A stretch of 64,000 bases of DNA from an uncultured Planctomycetota bacterium (GCA_963752285.1 CAVVXN010000002.1:384001-448000); one strand, 5' to 3'; shown: positions 40,001 through 50,010, numbered from the stretch's first letter. Notes: generated by a model not told the origin, from the sequence alone. A program made the numbers and translations.

Positions 40001-42306
40001 ACCTCGACGTCCGAGACGAGCGCCGTGCGGGCGTACAACCCCTCGAAGAGGTCATGGGAGAGAACGGCGTTCTCCGGCACCCGCCCATCGAGTGCGGCGA
40101 TGAACGCGTCCACGTCGTACAGTCCCTTGCCGGTGAAGATCCCCTCCGAGAAGAGATCCTGGTAGGTGTCCGAAACCGCGGTCGTGTAGGGATCCACGCC
40201 CGTGTGCCCCGCATAGAGCCGAGAGAACAGCGAGCTCGCGGCGCTCTTCATGGTGACGCTGACCCGTGGCTGCAAAATTCCGTATCCTCGGGTAACGCGA
40301 CCGACGCGGGCGTCGAAGTGGGGCTGGTTCAGGGGATGGGCGGCGATCCCGATGAGAGCCTTCGCCGCGTCGCGTGGGAGTCGCGTGTCGGTGTCGAGCG
40401 TGATGCAGTACCGTACCCGTGGGAAGATCCCGGCGTCTCCGGCCTCCACCGAGAAGCTCGTGTCCTTCGCTCCGCGTAGGAGGCGGTTCCACTCCTCGAT
40501 CTTGCCGCGTTTGCGCTCCCAACCCATCCACACGCCTTCGCCCGCGTTCCACTGGCGCACCCGATGGACGAGGTAGAAACGGTCGGTACGCCCCTCACCA
40601 TAGCGCGTGTTGAGTGCTTCGACGCCCGCCCGTGCCGCGGCGAGTATCGCTGGGTCCTCCGGCATCTCCCGGGCCCGGGCGTCTGCGAAATCGCTCAGGA
40701 TGGCGAAGTGCACGTGCGGATCGAGGTTGCCCAGGGCGAGCACCTCGAGGTGCTCGAGCAGAGGGGCAATGCGCTCGACGCTCGTGAGCAGCGTCGGTAC
40801 GACCACGATGGTCCGCGCGCTCTCCGGGACGCCCCCCTGGAAATCGAGGCGGGGAAGACGCTGCGGCCGGACGAGACGGGCGCACGCGCGTTGGACCGCG
40901 GCGATGGCGAGGTCGCTGGCCGGGAACAGGAGCACGAGCGCCACCCAGGCCTGCGCCCAGGGGGAGACGGTGTGGCGCGCAACGTACGCGCAGCCGAGCC
41001 CGAGCAGGAGCGCGGTGAGGGCCGCGATGGACCCGAAGTACGCCAGCCCCGCGTGGGCGAAGATGAAGCGTCGTATGCGACGGCCGAATCTGGGCCGGTG
41101 TGCGACATCGGCCTCGAGGTTCGCGCGACCTCTCCCGATCAGGTAGTGGCCCACGTGGGTCGCGGTACCCGAGGCTCCCTTCTCGGCAGCCTGCCGTGCG
41201 CTCTCCACCGCCCGGAGGGCTACGCGGAGCTGGGCGTCCCCGCTGGCGTCGGCCAGGATCTCCACGGCCCGGCGGTATCGGTCGCGGCTCAGGAAGTCCA
41301 TTCTTCCGTAGTCACCCGACGGGTCGCGCTGCAGCACCCCTTCGACGAGGCTCACGGACTCGAAGTACCGACTCCAGTCGAGGGTGGCGGAGAGGCGCAG
41401 GCTCGTGACGGCGTTCGCCACGGAGACCTGGGCGGCGGCCTCGCGCTGGTGCTCGCTTCGCACCGCGTCGTCCGAGGCGGTCTGTTCCGCGACGAGATGC
41501 GAATCCACGGCCGTGCGGACCGCGGAGAGACGGGGGCCGTACTCGCGCGCGAGCTGCAGGAGCTGCACCACGAACGCCGGGTGGATCCGGGTCGGCAGCG
41601 GCGGCGACTGGCCGTGGCCGACGGCGTCGATCTGCGCGACGTAGGCCTTGGCGGCCTGGCGCGCCTGGCGCGCCTCGATGGCCTCCTCCGCGAGGCGACG
41701 CAGGTTCTCGATGAGGGCGAGCTCGAGCGTGCTCGGCCACGCCCACAGCTCGCCGATCGTGAGCCGTGCGACGGTCTGGTAACTGTCCATGAAGCGCACC
41801 AGCTGCAGGCGGTCCAGGCGGCTGTCGCTGTGGCGGACGAGCGCGACGGCCATCGCGTAGACCCGGGCCTGGCCTCTGCACTCCTCCGCGGCGAGCTTGG
41901 GCAGCTCGCGGTAGTAGCCTCGGGGGAGATTCTGGCGTATTTCGCGGATCTCGGAGGCGATCAGGTGGTAGTTGTCGAGAAGCCACTCCGCGGCGCCCGT
42001 GACGACCTCGCCGCTGTGGACGTCCTGCGCCATGACGAGATACGCCTTGCGCAGCACGCGGGCGTTCTCGTCGAACCGCGAGAACAGGTCGGGCGCCGAC
42101 CGCGGCGGTGAGGGGTCGAGGGTCAGGCGAGCGGCGAGGGACTTGGCCCTCTCCTCGAGCCGTTCGATGTCGAGCAGCTCGTCCCGAAGCGGCTTCTCCG
42201 GCGTGCCGGCGCGGCGGAGACCGAGGAGCCGCAGCGTCGCACAGAGCATTCGGGCCACGGCCACGCCCGCACCTTTCCCACCCGAGCCCGTGGATGGATC
42301 TACCAA
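34048..42306 (-). CDS. Cyclic beta-1,2-glucan synthase (Cgs/NdvB/ChvB-like) with C-terminal GH94 phosphorylase
   Basis: 2752 aa; [88 protein letters not shown]. Confidence 0.93.
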   Translation of the reverse strand: MVDPSTGSGGKGAGVAVARMLCATLRLLGLRRAGTPEKPLRDELLDIERLEERAKSLAARLTLDPSPPRSAPDLFSRFDENARVLRKAYLVMAQDVHSGEVVTGAAEWLLDNYHLIASEIREIRQNLPRGYYRELPKLAAEECRGQARVYAMAVALVRHSDSRLDRLQLVRFMDSYQTVARLTIGELWAWPSTLELALIENLRRLAEEAIEARQARQAAKAYVAQIDAVGHGQSPPLPTRIHPAFVVQLLQLAREYGPRLSAVRTAVDSHLVAEQTASDDAVRSEHQREAAAQVSVANAVTSLRLSATLDWSRYFESVSLVEGVLQRDPSGDYGRMDFLSRDRYRRAVEILADASGDAQLRVALRAVESARQAAEKGASGTATHVGHYLIGRGRANLEADVAHRPRFGRRIRRFIFAHAGLAYFGSIAALTALLLGLGCAYVARHTVSPWAQAWVALVLLFPASDLAIAAVQRACARLVRPQRLPRLDFQGGVPESARTIVVVPTLLTSVERIAPLLEHLEVLALGNLDPHVHFAILSDFADARAREMPEDPAILAAARAGVEALNTRYGEGRTDRFYLVHRVRQWNAGEGVWMGWERKRGKIEEWNRLLRGAKDTSFSVEAGDAGIFPRVRYCITLDTDTRLPRDAAKALIGIAAHPLNQPHFDARVGRVTRGYGILQPRVSVTMKSAASSLFSRLYAGHTGVDPYTTAVSDTYQDLFSEGIFTGKGLYDVDAFIAALDGRVPENAVLSHDLFEGLYARTALVSDVEVVDDYPSTFLAHTRRQHRWVRGDWQILWWLFPFVPTRSGLQRNRLPLVSRWKILDNLRRSLLAPATVVLLFLAWTTLPGSPAVWTAALLVSLAFPLYPLILQGAAGPRPRQPWHVFVRLLANDVSEALAQTGLRLAFLANEAWQGAHAIALTLVRISVTHRRMLEWETAAASAERGGGPPRVRTFARGMIASPLMALFGLVVVWVVRPAALPAAAPVLALWAVAPLIAYALSRPVRDHRRDLSPEDRTLFEQVARETWRFFEAFMGPDSHSLPADNFQETPEPRVAHRTSPTNIGMGLLATLAAHDLGFIATDALAERIEATLTTMEGLERFEGHLLNWYDTTSLAPLYPRYVSTVDSGNLAGSLLALAEGLREVGLERLARRAAAFADGMGFGFLHDPQRRILSIGYHLADAERPGRLDASYYDLLASEARLASFIAIARGDVAEAHWFHLGRLLTSIDGTPTLLSWSGTLFEYLMPLLVMRSYPETLLDQSCRMAVRRQIEYAAGRGSPWGISECAYGLVDRHRVYQYKAFGVPGLGLKRGLGDELVVAPYATALAAMVEPRLAARNLRRLAARGLTGAYGYYEAIDYSHVTPDEDPGAAEGDGPSRGTIVKTYMAHHQGMTLVSLANVLLGDPMVKRFHADPRVEATELLLQERVPRYAPVVQPRPVEETRSGGSVTAPAPRRFRSPHTRWPHAQFLSNGSYTTVVTNAGGGASFCRGRVVTRYREDATRDPGSQFVYLRDVRSGTAWSAAYQPVCREPEDYLVTFLPGKVSFRRRDDDIATLLEIAVSTEDDVEVRRIAVTNRGDRPREIEVTSYAEIVLAPAADDIAHPAFGKLFVETEYLPERTALLCRRRPRAVDEEALWAVHVLSVEGRSLGPVEWESDRMRFLGRGRSLENPQALDGRSLSGTTGLGLDPIVSLRQRIRLAPGELVRMSFTTGLAFSRETALALAEKYRDPSAVARSFALAAAQVRSASLHLGITPEDEIRYERLASRVLYRDQSLRASPKILARSELGQEGLWPHAISGDLPILLVRVVEEDDLSLVREVLQAQEYWRLKGLRADVVILNEHPIGYLDEMHDQITALLDNGPWRAWNQQPGGAYLLRADRLGEAERLLLAALARAVLVGDQGSLSAQLDRVGADWTPPEPPDLEPSRAPAPATSSPATIDVPPLSLYNGLGGFTGDGREYVIVLDGEAETPLPWANVIANPRFGTVITASGAAFTWATNSSENRLTPFSNDPVTDPTAEALFVRDDDTGEAWAATPGPTPRTSASGRVVVRHAAGCTSFSRSSHGLRQQLDVFVDPEDPVKFSRLTLRNEGGSRRHLSVFAYNEWILGPPRPGYSMHVVTELDEATGTILAQNPYNTEQRGQVAFAHASEALRSATGDRASFLGRNGSLARPAALAREALSGRFGAGLDPCAALHVSIDLGAGEERSLVFLLGQASSAAGVRQLVERHGPAAAAEAALAAVRRLWDATLGAVQVRTPDDSFDLLMNGWLLYQDLSCRLWARTGYYQPGGAFGFRDQLQDVMALGWARPDLAREHLLRAARRQFVEGDVQHWWHEPSGRGTRTRCSDDLLWLPHAVAHYVRTTGDAGVLDEVVPFLEAPPLAPESQEAYILPRVSKEQAALFEHCLRAIERGLTAGAHGLPRIGSGDWNDGFNRVGWQGRGESTWLGFFLHPILCDFADLCETRGDRARAEHYRREARHLGEMLEQSWDGEWYRRGYYDDGAPLGAAQNDECRIDSVAQSWAVLSAAVPIRFAERAMDAVRTHLVQRGPGILPLLAPPFDRSPQQPGYIKGYPPGVRENGGQYTHAAVWTIMALAELCSGDEAVELFHMLNPVNHTRTAGDVERYQAEPYVLAGDVLADPAHAGRAGWTWYTGSAGWMYRAGLESILGLQRRGATLRLAPCIPAGWPGYSIAFRFGATRYEIEVENPERRGRGAAEAVLDGSPVDPCEIPLVDDGGVHRIGLVLGERAPMASRRS

Positions 42307-42424
42307 GCTCCGCGCGGCTCGGACTCGCCAATGGTAGCATGCGCAGACGTCGTTCGCTGGGTGGCGACTCGCGGGTAACCTCGTCCGTTGGCGAAGCCGC
42401 GACCCGAAGCCGGAGCACCGACCG

Positions 42425-44677
42425 ATGGAGGACTTCTTCGAGGCTGCACCTCTGGGGATTCACGTCGCGCGCGCCGACGGGCTCATCCTCCGCGCCAACG
42501 CGGCGGAGCTCGCGTTGGTCGGCCATCCCCACGAGGCGTACGTGGGAAAGTTCCTCGCGGACTTCCACGTGGACCGTGGCACCATCGACGATCTGTTCGC
42601 ACGTCTCGCGCGTGGGGAGACCGTCTTCGACCTCGTATCCCGCGTGCGGCGCGCGGACGGCACGATCCGGTGGCTTCGGATGAGTGCGAACGCCGTCGTC
42701 GAGGGAGGAGCCTTCGTCCGATCGCACTGCTTCAGCCGGGACGTCACCGAATCCAGGGAGGCGGAGGCGGCCGTGCGGTCGAGCGAGAGGCAGTACCATC
42801 GCCTCGTAGAGGGCGCGCGCGACTATGCGGTCCACGGCATGGACCCCGACGGCCGCGTCGCGACGTGGAACCCCGGCGCCGAACAGCTCTTCGGTTGGAC
42901 CGAGGGCGAGGTCCTCGGCCGCGACTTCTCCATGTTCTTCGCTCCGGAGGACCTGGCCGCGGGTATGAGCGACCGCATGCTGCGGCTGGCCTGCAACGAG
43001 GGTCGCTTCCACCACGTCGGCTGGCGGACCCGCAAGGACGGGTCGCGGTTCTGGGCCGAGACGACGCTCACCGCCCTACGGGATCCCGAAGGACGCGTAC
43101 AGGAGATCGCCCACGTGACGCGCGACGCGTCCGAACGGCGGCGCCTGGACGCCCTGCGGCGCCGGGCGGCGGACCTCTCGGCGGCGAACGCCGCCATCAT
43201 GCGGGCGCAGCGAGAGACCGTGCATCGGCTCGGCTCCGTCGCCTCACACTTCGACGTGCCGATGGCCGCCCTCGAGCGCGCCGCGGCGCGGCTCGACGCC
43301 CCGCGGGCCTCGGAGAAGGTGAGGCGCGCCGCTGCGGACGCCGTGCGGGACGGCGTGGCGGCGCTGCGGACGTCGCTCGCGCGCTGGCAGGAGGGCGCGA
43401 GGACGGCGGCGGGCGGGCTGGACCTCCAGGTCAGCGCGGTGGACCTCCTCCGCCTGGCCGTCGAGGCGCGGGACGTGCTGCGGGAGCCCGCGCTCGCGCG
43501 TGAGATCCGGGTGGAGGTCGACGTGGACCCCGAGCTGAGCTCCGTGCGGGTGGAGAACGGCCACCTCGAGCTCGTCCTCTACAACCTCCTGGCGAACGCG
43601 ATCCAGCGGAGTCGGGAGGGCAGCCTCGTCGCGATCCGGGTTCTGCCCGAGGGCCCCGGCTCGTTTCGGATCGAAGCCGAGGACGCGGGGATCGGGCTCT
43701 CGCCCGACGAGATCGCCCGGATCCTTCGGGGCGACGACGACGCCGGGTCCGGGCGCCAGGCCACCGAGCAGTGGATCGCTCCCACCTTGCAGATCGTCGA
43801 GCAGCGAGGAGGGCGCTTCAGCGTCAAGAGCGTCCCCGGGCGGGGGAGCCTGTTCTCGGCCGTCCTGCCTCGGAAGCCGCTCCGGGGTGTCGCGCTGGGA
43901 ACGGACGGCGAGGGCCGAGCCGCCGGGCCGGGAGCCAAGGTCGGCGTCGTGCTCGTCGTGGCCGACAGCGCGGCCGCACGAGCGAGCCTGGGGTGGGCGT
44001 TCGGGGCGATCGGGTGGGAGGTGGTCCAGATGGTCTCGGTCGAGGAGGCCTTCGGCGTCCTTCGATCGCACACCTTCGATGTGGTCGCCGTGGACATGAC
44101 GCTCACCAAGGTCGGGGCCGTGGACTTCGTGACGCGCCTCCGCCGGGAGGGCCTCAGCCGCTCGATCCCGCACGTGCTGGCCGCCGTGCACGCGGGGGCC
44201 GCCGGCGTGGCCGGTCTGCTCGTGGCGGACGTCGTGCCCCAGCCCGCCCCGGCCGACAACCTCTTCGCGGCGCTCGAGCGCGCGTGCGTCCCCCGCGGAC
44301 GCGACGGGACCGTCCTGATCCTGGGGGGCGACGCCGAGACGCTGCGCACCACCCGCGAGACGCTCGACATGCTCGGCTATCACCCCGTTCAGGAGACCGA
44401 TTCCGACCGTGCGCTTCGCTGGTGCGCCGAGCGGGCTCCGTCGGCGGTCGTCCTGTCTCCGCTTCCCCTGGGTCCCGACGCGTTCGAGTTCGTGCACCAT
44501 CTCCGGAGGAGTCCGGAGCTCCGGCACACGCCGTTGCTCCTCCAGGCGCCGAGGTCGTTGGCCCCCGTGCAGATCGAGGCGCTGCGCAAGGCGGCGGCTG
44601 AGGCGATCCAGCGGGGGGAGGGAGACGTCCGACAGGTTCTCGAGGACGCGGGGTGGGCCTTGAGCGTCACCGCGTGA
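42425..44677 (+). CDS. PAS-PAS-HATPase-REC-REC hybrid sensor, degenerate
   Basis: Two PAS/PAC domains ([26 protein letters not shown]); N box NLLANAI; G1 box EDAGIG; two receiver-like domains. Confidence 0.85.
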   Translation: MEDFFEAAPLGIHVARADGLILRANAAELALVGHPHEAYVGKFLADFHVDRGTIDDLFARLARGETVFDLVSRVRRADGTIRWLRMSANAVVEGGAFVRSHCFSRDVTESREAEAAVRSSERQYHRLVEGARDYAVHGMDPDGRVATWNPGAEQLFGWTEGEVLGRDFSMFFAPEDLAAGMSDRMLRLACNEGRFHHVGWRTRKDGSRFWAETTLTALRDPEGRVQEIAHVTRDASERRRLDALRRRAADLSAANAAIMRAQRETVHRLGSVASHFDVPMAALERAAARLDAPRASEKVRRAAADAVRDGVAALRTSLARWQEGARTAAGGLDLQVSAVDLLRLAVEARDVLREPALAREIRVEVDVDPELSSVRVENGHLELVLYNLLANAIQRSREGSLVAIRVLPEGPGSFRIEAEDAGIGLSPDEIARILRGDDDAGSGRQATEQWIAPTLQIVEQRGGRFSVKSVPGRGSLFSAVLPRKPLRGVALGTDGEGRAAGPGAKVGVVLVVADSAAARASLGWAFGAIGWEVVQMVSVEEAFGVLRSHTFDVVAVDMTLTKVGAVDFVTRLRREGLSRSIPHVLAAVHAGAAGVAGLLVADVVPQPAPADNLFAALERACVPRGRDGTVLILGGDAETLRTTRETLDMLGYHPVQETDSDRALRWCAERAPSAVVLSPLPLGPDAFEFVHHLRRSPELRHTPLLLQAPRSLAPVQIEALRKAAAEAIQRGEGDVRQVLEDAGWALSVTA

Positions 44678-44780
44678 GCGGACATCGCAAGCCTGGGCGC
44701 AGCCAGGACTTGTGCGCGGCGCCCGGATCCCCATCGGTCAGATCGTCCTCCGCCAGGCCGTGCGGATATCCTGGGGGTCC

Positions 44781-45410
44781 ATGACGACGGTCTACGATCC
44801 CCTCGTTGCCCAGCGCCCGATCCCAGAGGCGGGCCGAGTCGTCTCGGACCTCGTCGATCGTCTGGTGGCGCGTGACGCAGACGCATTCGAGGAGCTCGTA
44901 CGGACGCGTAGTCCCCGCATGCTGGCCGTCGCGATCCGCTACCTTCCGCGCCGACAGGACGCGGAGGACGCGCTGCAGGAAGCGTTTCTCAACGTCGTAC
45001 GCTCCATCTCCGGGTTCAAGGGCGCGTGCAGCCTCGACACGTGGCTGCACCGCATCGTGGTCAACTGCGCGCTGATGCTCCTGCGCGGGCGTCGGCGCAA
45101 GCCCGAAATCACGCACGCGGAATCGGTCTTCGAGACCGAGCGCACGGGGCCGTGGCGCCGCTGGCCTCCTCCGTCGGCGCACGATGTCGTCGCCAACCGG
45201 GAGCTGAAGAGCATCGTGCAGCAGGCCGTGGCCCGGCTGCCCGAGATCTACCGCGTGGTGCTGTTGCTCCGCGACGTCGAGGCGCTCGATCTCAAGCAGA
45301 TCTCGGAGCTGCTCGGCGTGGGGGTACCAACCGTCAAAAGCAGGCTTCGCCGGGCTCGGAACGCGCTCCAGTGCGCCCTGGGCCCGCAGCTCTCGGAGTC
45401 GAGCACATGA
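44781..45410 (+). CDS. ECF sigma-70 factor
   Basis: DAEDALQEAF, TWLHRIVVN, LPEIYRVVLLLRDVE, TVKSRLRRAR. Confidence 0.93.
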   Translation: MTTVYDPLVAQRPIPEAGRVVSDLVDRLVARDADAFEELVRTRSPRMLAVAIRYLPRRQDAEDALQEAFLNVVRSISGFKGACSLDTWLHRIVVNCALMLLRGRRRKPEITHAESVFETERTGPWRRWPPPSAHDVVANRELKSIVQQAVARLPEIYRVVLLLRDVEALDLKQISELLGVGVPTVKSRLRRARNALQCALGPQLSESST

Positions 45411-45691
45411 CCACCTCATGCCACCGCATCCGCTCCATGCTGGACGACGACGAGATTCGGGGGACCGATTCGCGCGAGGAGCGCGCCCGGGCCGAGCACC
45501 TGCGCGCGTGCGCGGACTGCAGGGAGGAACTGAAGGGGGTCATCGCCCAGCGCGCCACCCTGCAGGGCGTGTTCCTCGCCGAGGACGCCCCGCCCCCGCT
45601 GTCGGAGGCCCTCGTCACCAGGTACGTGACGGCGATGGTCCGGGCCGCGCGCGGTGACATGGACGCCGGGCTCTCCGCCGGGCGGGCCTGA
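45407..45691 (+). CDS. Soluble zinc-binding anti-sigma factor (ZAS)
   Basis: ATGA-coupled to the ECF gene; C...HLRACADC (HxxxCxxC); 94 aa; no TM. Confidence 0.85.
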   Translation: MTTSCHRIRSMLDDDEIRGTDSREERARAEHLRACADCREELKGVIAQRATLQGVFLAEDAPPPLSEALVTRYVTAMVRAARGDMDAGLSAGRA

Positions 45692-45826
45692 CCGTCTCGC
45701 CCGCGCGCCGCGGGCCGGGCGCGCGCCCCTTCCCGCGAGGGCGGGAGGTGACGACGAGGAGCGCCGCCGGCCGCGCGCGTCGCGAACCGAACCCGGCGGC
45801 GCCCCCGAATGGAAGTCGCGACCGGG

Positions 45827-46345
45827 CTAGCCGTGCATCCCCTGGAGCGACTGGATGTGCGAGCGCGTGCGCTCCAGCAGGTCGCCCCGGATCATGGTCT
45901 TCGTGTCGGCATCGGTGTCGGAGTCGTTGAGGGCGTGTTCGTAGGCGTCTACGCCCTGCTTCTCACCCTTCTCGAGCGCGGCTCGTCCCGTCTCGTCTCC
46001 GATGAGGGCGGCGCCCTTGGCGACGAGATCCGTCCACCCGCCCCACGCCCCGGACCCCATCTCGGGATCCCCGCCCAGCGCGACGACATGCGCGCGGAGC
46101 TTCGCCGCGGAGGCCTTGTGATCGTCCAGGATGGTCGTCAGACCCGCGGCCCACTCCGTCTTGTCGTTCCTCTTGATCACGTCCTCGTAGGTCGTCACGG
46201 CGGCCAGCTCGCCGCGCAAGAGGCTCTTCGCGTTCTCGAGGGCGTTCCTCGACACGCCGGGCGCCGGCGTGTCCTTGTGGGCGTCGCATCCCGAGAGGGG
46301 TAGGACCGACAGCAGGATCAGGGACAGGAACAGAGGTCTCTGCAC
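45827..46345 (-). CDS. DUF2383/PA2169-like ferritin-like four-helix protein with lipoprotein signal
   Basis: Lipobox LSGC; LLRGELAAVTTY, SGAWGGW, LEKGEKQGVDAY. Confidence 0.82.
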   Translation of the reverse strand: MQRPLFLSLILLSVLPLSGCDAHKDTPAPGVSRNALENAKSLLRGELAAVTTYEDVIKRNDKTEWAAGLTTILDDHKASAAKLRAHVVALGGDPEMGSGAWGGWTDLVAKGAALIGDETGRAALEKGEKQGVDAYEHALNDSDTDADTKTMIRGDLLERTRSHIQSLQGMHG

Positions 46346-46394
46346 GGGATTCTCCGACGAGGGCGGCCGGCCGGGATTGGTCGGAGGCGCGTTC

Positions 46395-46423
46395 CTTGGA
46401 TGCCGTGGTCGCTCCGGCGGTGC
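46395..46423 (-). promoter_or_regulatory. Candidate ECF promoter, GCACC-N14-GGCATCCAAG
   Basis: About 50 nt upstream of the DUF2383 start. Confidence 0.6.
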
Positions 46424-46526
46424 GTGCTTTCCTCCACGTCGGGGTCCCGTCGCTCCTCGCACGCGCTGGCTCCCCCGCGACGGCGCGGACGAGGAGGGCG
46501 ACTCGGGACCTTCGCCGCGCCGGCTC

Positions 46527-46555
46527 GCACCGTATGAACTCCATCGGCATCCAAG
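46527..46555 (+). promoter_or_regulatory. Candidate ECF promoter, GCACC-N14-GGCATCCAAG
   Basis: About 70 nt upstream of the 46628 start; divergent twin of the 46395 site. Confidence 0.6.
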
Positions 46556-46627
46556 GGGCAGTCGATCCGCGGCGCGGCGTCGGGCTTTCCTTCTCTCGCG
46601 TGCACGTGATCCAACATGAGGTGAACC

Positions 46628-47518
46628 TTGAAGAGTCGATTCTTTGGAGTGGCGGGAATGGGTTCCGTCGTGGCCGTGCTCGGGTTCGTGCTGAGCACCA
46701 GTGGAGCGTGGGCCGGCGAGCCTCCGGCGGCCGGCGCCGTGCCAGCCGCCCCGCAGCGCGCCGCCGACGCGGCCACGGCGAGTCGATCGTCCGAGGGCGC
46801 GAAGGGCGCCTGGATCACGTACGAGACGACGGGCGTGAGCTACGAGCAGCCGCGCTTCGTCGGTGACGCGCAGCTCTTGGTGCGCGATTCATCCCCTGAG
46901 ACCGCAGGCCCCGACACGAAGGCGAAGGACTCGGCGACGTGGCGCGTGTACCGAGGACTCGACCTCGCCGCCATCGTCAAGGCCAACGACAAACTGGCAT
47001 CGGCGCCCTACATGGCGGCGCTGCGGTCGTCCGTCGAGGCCGACGCGCAAGAGGCAGCCGACCCGGCGCAGGTCACGAGTGCGGTGCGCACGAGCGTGGA
47101 GGCCCCGGGCCTCACCTACGAGCAGGGCACGACCGGCGGGGCGCGCCTCTTCGTTCTCGAACCGACCGGTCGCGAGACGCTCTACACGGGCGACGATCTC
47201 GAGAAGGTGGTGTCGTCGAACCCGTCGTTGGCCGACCTCCCGGGCTTCAAGAGCTTCCGCTCGCGCGTGGAGCAGATGCACGGCATCGACCCGCTCGTCC
47301 TTCGTCAGGACACCTCGACGATCCTGATCGTTTGCCACACGCCCGACGGGGTGGTCGTGACGTCGAACACCTGGCTCGACGGCGCGTGGACCTCTCAGAA
47401 GTACGAGGGCTCCGACATGGCGGCGGTCCAGGCGGCGGCGCCGGCGCTGCGCGCCCTTCTCGAGACGAGCTACCACGCCACGCAGGCGGTCGGCACGGAC
47501 GAACAGCGCCTGCGCTAG
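46628..47518 (+). CDS. Secreted hypothetical protein with three internal repeats
   Basis: RBS gaggtg plus TTG; signal peptide ending AWA; YRGLDL, YTGDDL and YEGSDM repeats. Confidence 0.75.
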   Translation: MKSRFFGVAGMGSVVAVLGFVLSTSGAWAGEPPAAGAVPAAPQRAADAATASRSSEGAKGAWITYETTGVSYEQPRFVGDAQLLVRDSSPETAGPDTKAKDSATWRVYRGLDLAAIVKANDKLASAPYMAALRSSVEADAQEAADPAQVTSAVRTSVEAPGLTYEQGTTGGARLFVLEPTGRETLYTGDDLEKVVSSNPSLADLPGFKSFRSRVEQMHGIDPLVLRQDTSTILIVCHTPDGVVVTSNTWLDGAWTSQKYEGSDMAAVQAAAPALRALLETSYHATQAVGTDEQRLR

Positions 47519-47648
47519 AGCGTCTTGGACGGTCCCGAGCAGCGATGCTCCCCCCCGGGGGCGTCGGCCTTGCGGCCGGCGCCCCCGCATCGTTTCCCGG
47601 GAGTCGCCCTCGGGGCGGGGACGTCGGCGTCCAGCGGCTGCGGGGCGG

Positions 47649-47678
47649 GAACCTCGGTTGCCCCGACCGGCATCCAAG
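47649..47678 (+). promoter_or_regulatory. Candidate ECF promoter, GAACC-N15-GGCATCCAAG
   Basis: Ends 15 nt before ATG 47694. Confidence 0.6.
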
Positions 47679-47693
47679 AGGTCGGAGGCGCCA

Positions 47694-47939
47694 ATGAAGC
47701 CGATCCAGATCGTAGGTGTCGTCCTCTTGATCCTGGGCATCGTCGCCGTCGCCGTGTCGGGCTCGTGGACGACCGGGGCGGAGACGAGTACGCGCGTCGG
47801 TCCGATGCACATCGAGACCGGAAACACCGAGCGGGTGGTAGTCCCCACGTGGGCCGGGTTCGCGGTGATCGCCATCGGGGGCGTTCTGGTCGCCTATCCC
47901 CTGCTCCGCAAGAAGCACCGATCACCGCAGGCCGGGTGA
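47694..47939 (+). CDS. Small two-TM membrane protein (DUF3185-like)
   Basis: RBS ggagg; MKPIQIVGVVLLILGIV...VGPMHI...VPTWAGFAVIAIGGVL. Confidence 0.8.
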   Translation: MKPIQIVGVVLLILGIVAVAVSGSWTTGAETSTRVGPMHIETGNTERVVVPTWAGFAVIAIGGVLVAYPLLRKKHRSPQAG

Positions 47940-48233
47940 GCGGGCACCCTCGGCGACACGGCGACCGTCCCCTCTCACCGCCACACAACCGTCGAGAGCG
48001 TGATCGGGTGGTCGAGGCCGGCCCTCGCGGTGCCGCTCGAACCGAAGATGCCCCGCGCCGAGGCCCGCCGGCAGCCGGGCCCGGTCCTCGACCGCCTCCG
48101 GTACCACCAGCGGCGGAACCGGCGTCCCGAGCATCGCGCGCCAAGACCGGTCTGCGGCGGCTCGAGGACGCCGGCGTGCATCCAACGGCGCGCGAGCGTG
48201 TTCGGGCGTGTCACAAGACGTGGCGCGGTCGGA

Positions 48234-49418
48234 CTAGCGTTGCGCCGCCCTCCATCGCAGACCCCGCCGGGCGCAGTTGGAGATCACGAAGAACTCCCCA
48301 TCCGACGAGACGACGAGGCCCACGGAGCCCGGTAGCGCGGCAACGATGGCTGCGAGCGACCGGTGCCTGGTCCCACGGCGCTCCAGGATCGCCCCCAGTT
48401 CCTCGGGAAGTCTGGAGATGTCCTCCCTGCAAACGGTGAGCTTCGCGCCCACGGCCAGGGGCGCCAGAAGGGGCGTCACGATCACGGCGCCATCGATGCG
48501 CGCCAGGTCGGCAAGCCGGTGTGCCTGCAGAGCCAGCGCCTTCTCGATGCGTTCCGGTCGGGGTCTTGGGACTCGCTCCCCGGAGTGCGCGATCTCCCAG
48601 GCGATGCTCTTCCTGAGGGGCGCCGACCAGGGGAACGCACCCTGACCACACTCTTCGAGTCGCGCCACGCCGGAGGCGAGATCCAGCGCGTCCAGCGCCG
48701 AGGACTGCCCGGAGAGCAGCAAGAGTCCGATGCCGACGCCGTCGCGCACGCAGTTCGCAGACGCCTTGAACAGCATCTCGCTCACCTGCCGGGCGCCAAC
48801 CTCCGGCATCGATCGCACGGCTTCTCGGGCCGTCGCCTCTCGGTCGCCGGGACCTTCCCCAGGGAAGGTCCGCAGCACCTCCCCTACGAGTTCCCCCTCG
48901 ACCCCATCGAGAAGGTCGCCCGGGAGCAGATCGAGGATCCCGGCTTGGATGGTCCGCTGTGCACAACGGCCGCGTATGAAGTGCACCTCCGTCACACCGC
49001 GGCGGTACGTGAGAACCGCGGCGTCATGCACCTCCACGGTGCACACCTGCTCCTGGGATACGACCGGGGCGAACGAGTTCTCCTCGAGAGCGAACACACT
49101 GTGCGCCCAAAGGCTGTCTTCGTTCCAGGTCACGACGACCGCTGTACGGTCGCGGGCGAATCCAACGCCCAGCTTTCGCATCCACTGCGTTCCCAGGAGC
49201 GGAGCGGGAGAAAAGCGCAGCAGCATGTTCACGGCGAGCTCTTCTGGAACGAGCACGTAGGTTCCTCGGACCGCTCGGCCCTCTTCGCGGAGCAGGCTGG
49301 CCTCGTAGGCCAACACGAGCAGCTCGTGGGTCCCGGGGATGGGCGCCAGCGTCTGGCCGCCGGACGCCCTGTAGGCATCGAGGACGGAGGCAGGATCGAA
49401 CGTGACGGTGGGGCTCAA
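48234..49418 (-). CDS. Diadenylate cyclase (DisA_N/DAC) domain protein with N-terminal putative sensor domain
   Basis: LARIDGAVIV (DGA), RGTRHRS (RHR), VVSSDG; N-terminal ASLLREEGR. Probable TTG start at 49418 after ggag. Confidence 0.82.
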   Translation of the reverse strand: MSPTVTFDPASVLDAYRASGGQTLAPIPGTHELLVLAYEASLLREEGRAVRGTYVLVPEELAVNMLLRFSPAPLLGTQWMRKLGVGFARDRTAVVVTWNEDSLWAHSVFALEENSFAPVVSQEQVCTVEVHDAAVLTYRRGVTEVHFIRGRCAQRTIQAGILDLLPGDLLDGVEGELVGEVLRTFPGEGPGDREATAREAVRSMPEVGARQVSEMLFKASANCVRDGVGIGLLLLSGQSSALDALDLASGVARLEECGQGAFPWSAPLRKSIAWEIAHSGERVPRPRPERIEKALALQAHRLADLARIDGAVIVTPLLAPLAVGAKLTVCREDISRLPEELGAILERRGTRHRSLAAIVAALPGSVGLVVSSDGEFFVISNCARRGLRWRAAQR

Positions 49419-49758
49419 GGAGCCAGCTCCCGTGCGGTGGAACGAACGCCCGGTGCTCGTCCTCGTGGACGTTCGCGGGGGATGTGCACTCCGCGTGCCC
49501 AGCCTACCCGGTGCCGGCACGCCCGGGGAATGCGATCGCAAGCCCGGTACGCAGGCGATCGCCACGCGGACCGCTGGCTTCGATCTCCCGACGCCGGCGA
49601 TCGGCGCGGGCCGGAGCGGCGTGGTCCGGGCGTACGCGCTCGCCTCGTTCCTGCGGCGCGACCGGGTCGAGCTCGTCGCGGAACGGACGCTCGCCCCGCG
49701 CCGACGGGCTTCGGCCCGAGGGGCGCGGCGGGAGAGCCGAGGGCGGACCCGCGGCCGG

Positions 49759-50010
49759 CTAGACGCCCTCGGTCGGGCGCGGCAGGGGCTTCTCGACCAC
49801 GCCCCGGCGGAGGAGCTTCGCGGCGACCTTCACGCGGACCACCCGCCCGTCGATCAGGGCGCGGACCTTCTGGACGTTCGGCTTGAAGGTGCGGTTCGTC
49901 TTGCCGGTGATCTTCTTGCCGACGCCGCCCTTGGACTTGGCGAGACCGCGCGTGGTGTACTGGCGCCCGGCCCGGGTCCTCTTCTGGCTGTACTGGCAGA
50001 CGCGAGCCAT
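49759..50010 (-). CDS. rpmB: 50S ribosomal protein L28
   Basis: MARVCQ...GLAKSKGGVGKKITGKTNRTFKPNVQ. Confidence 0.93.
   Translation of the reverse strand: MARVCQYSQKRTRAGRQYTTRGLAKSKGGVGKKITGKTNRTFKPNVQKVRALIDGRVVRVKVAAKLLRRGVVEKPLPRPTEGV

Noticed and set aside
47940..48233. Short ORFs between the small membrane gene and the DAC gene as a DAC effector; TGCATCCAAC near 48178
   Set aside because: No recognisable motif or RBS; the partial promoter-like match lacks the upstream element and a credible downstream gene.
49560..49610. gcttcgatctccc as a tRNA T-arm or att remnant at the block's right edge
   Set aside because: No cloverleaf, no CCA end and no matching repeat seen at the left edge.
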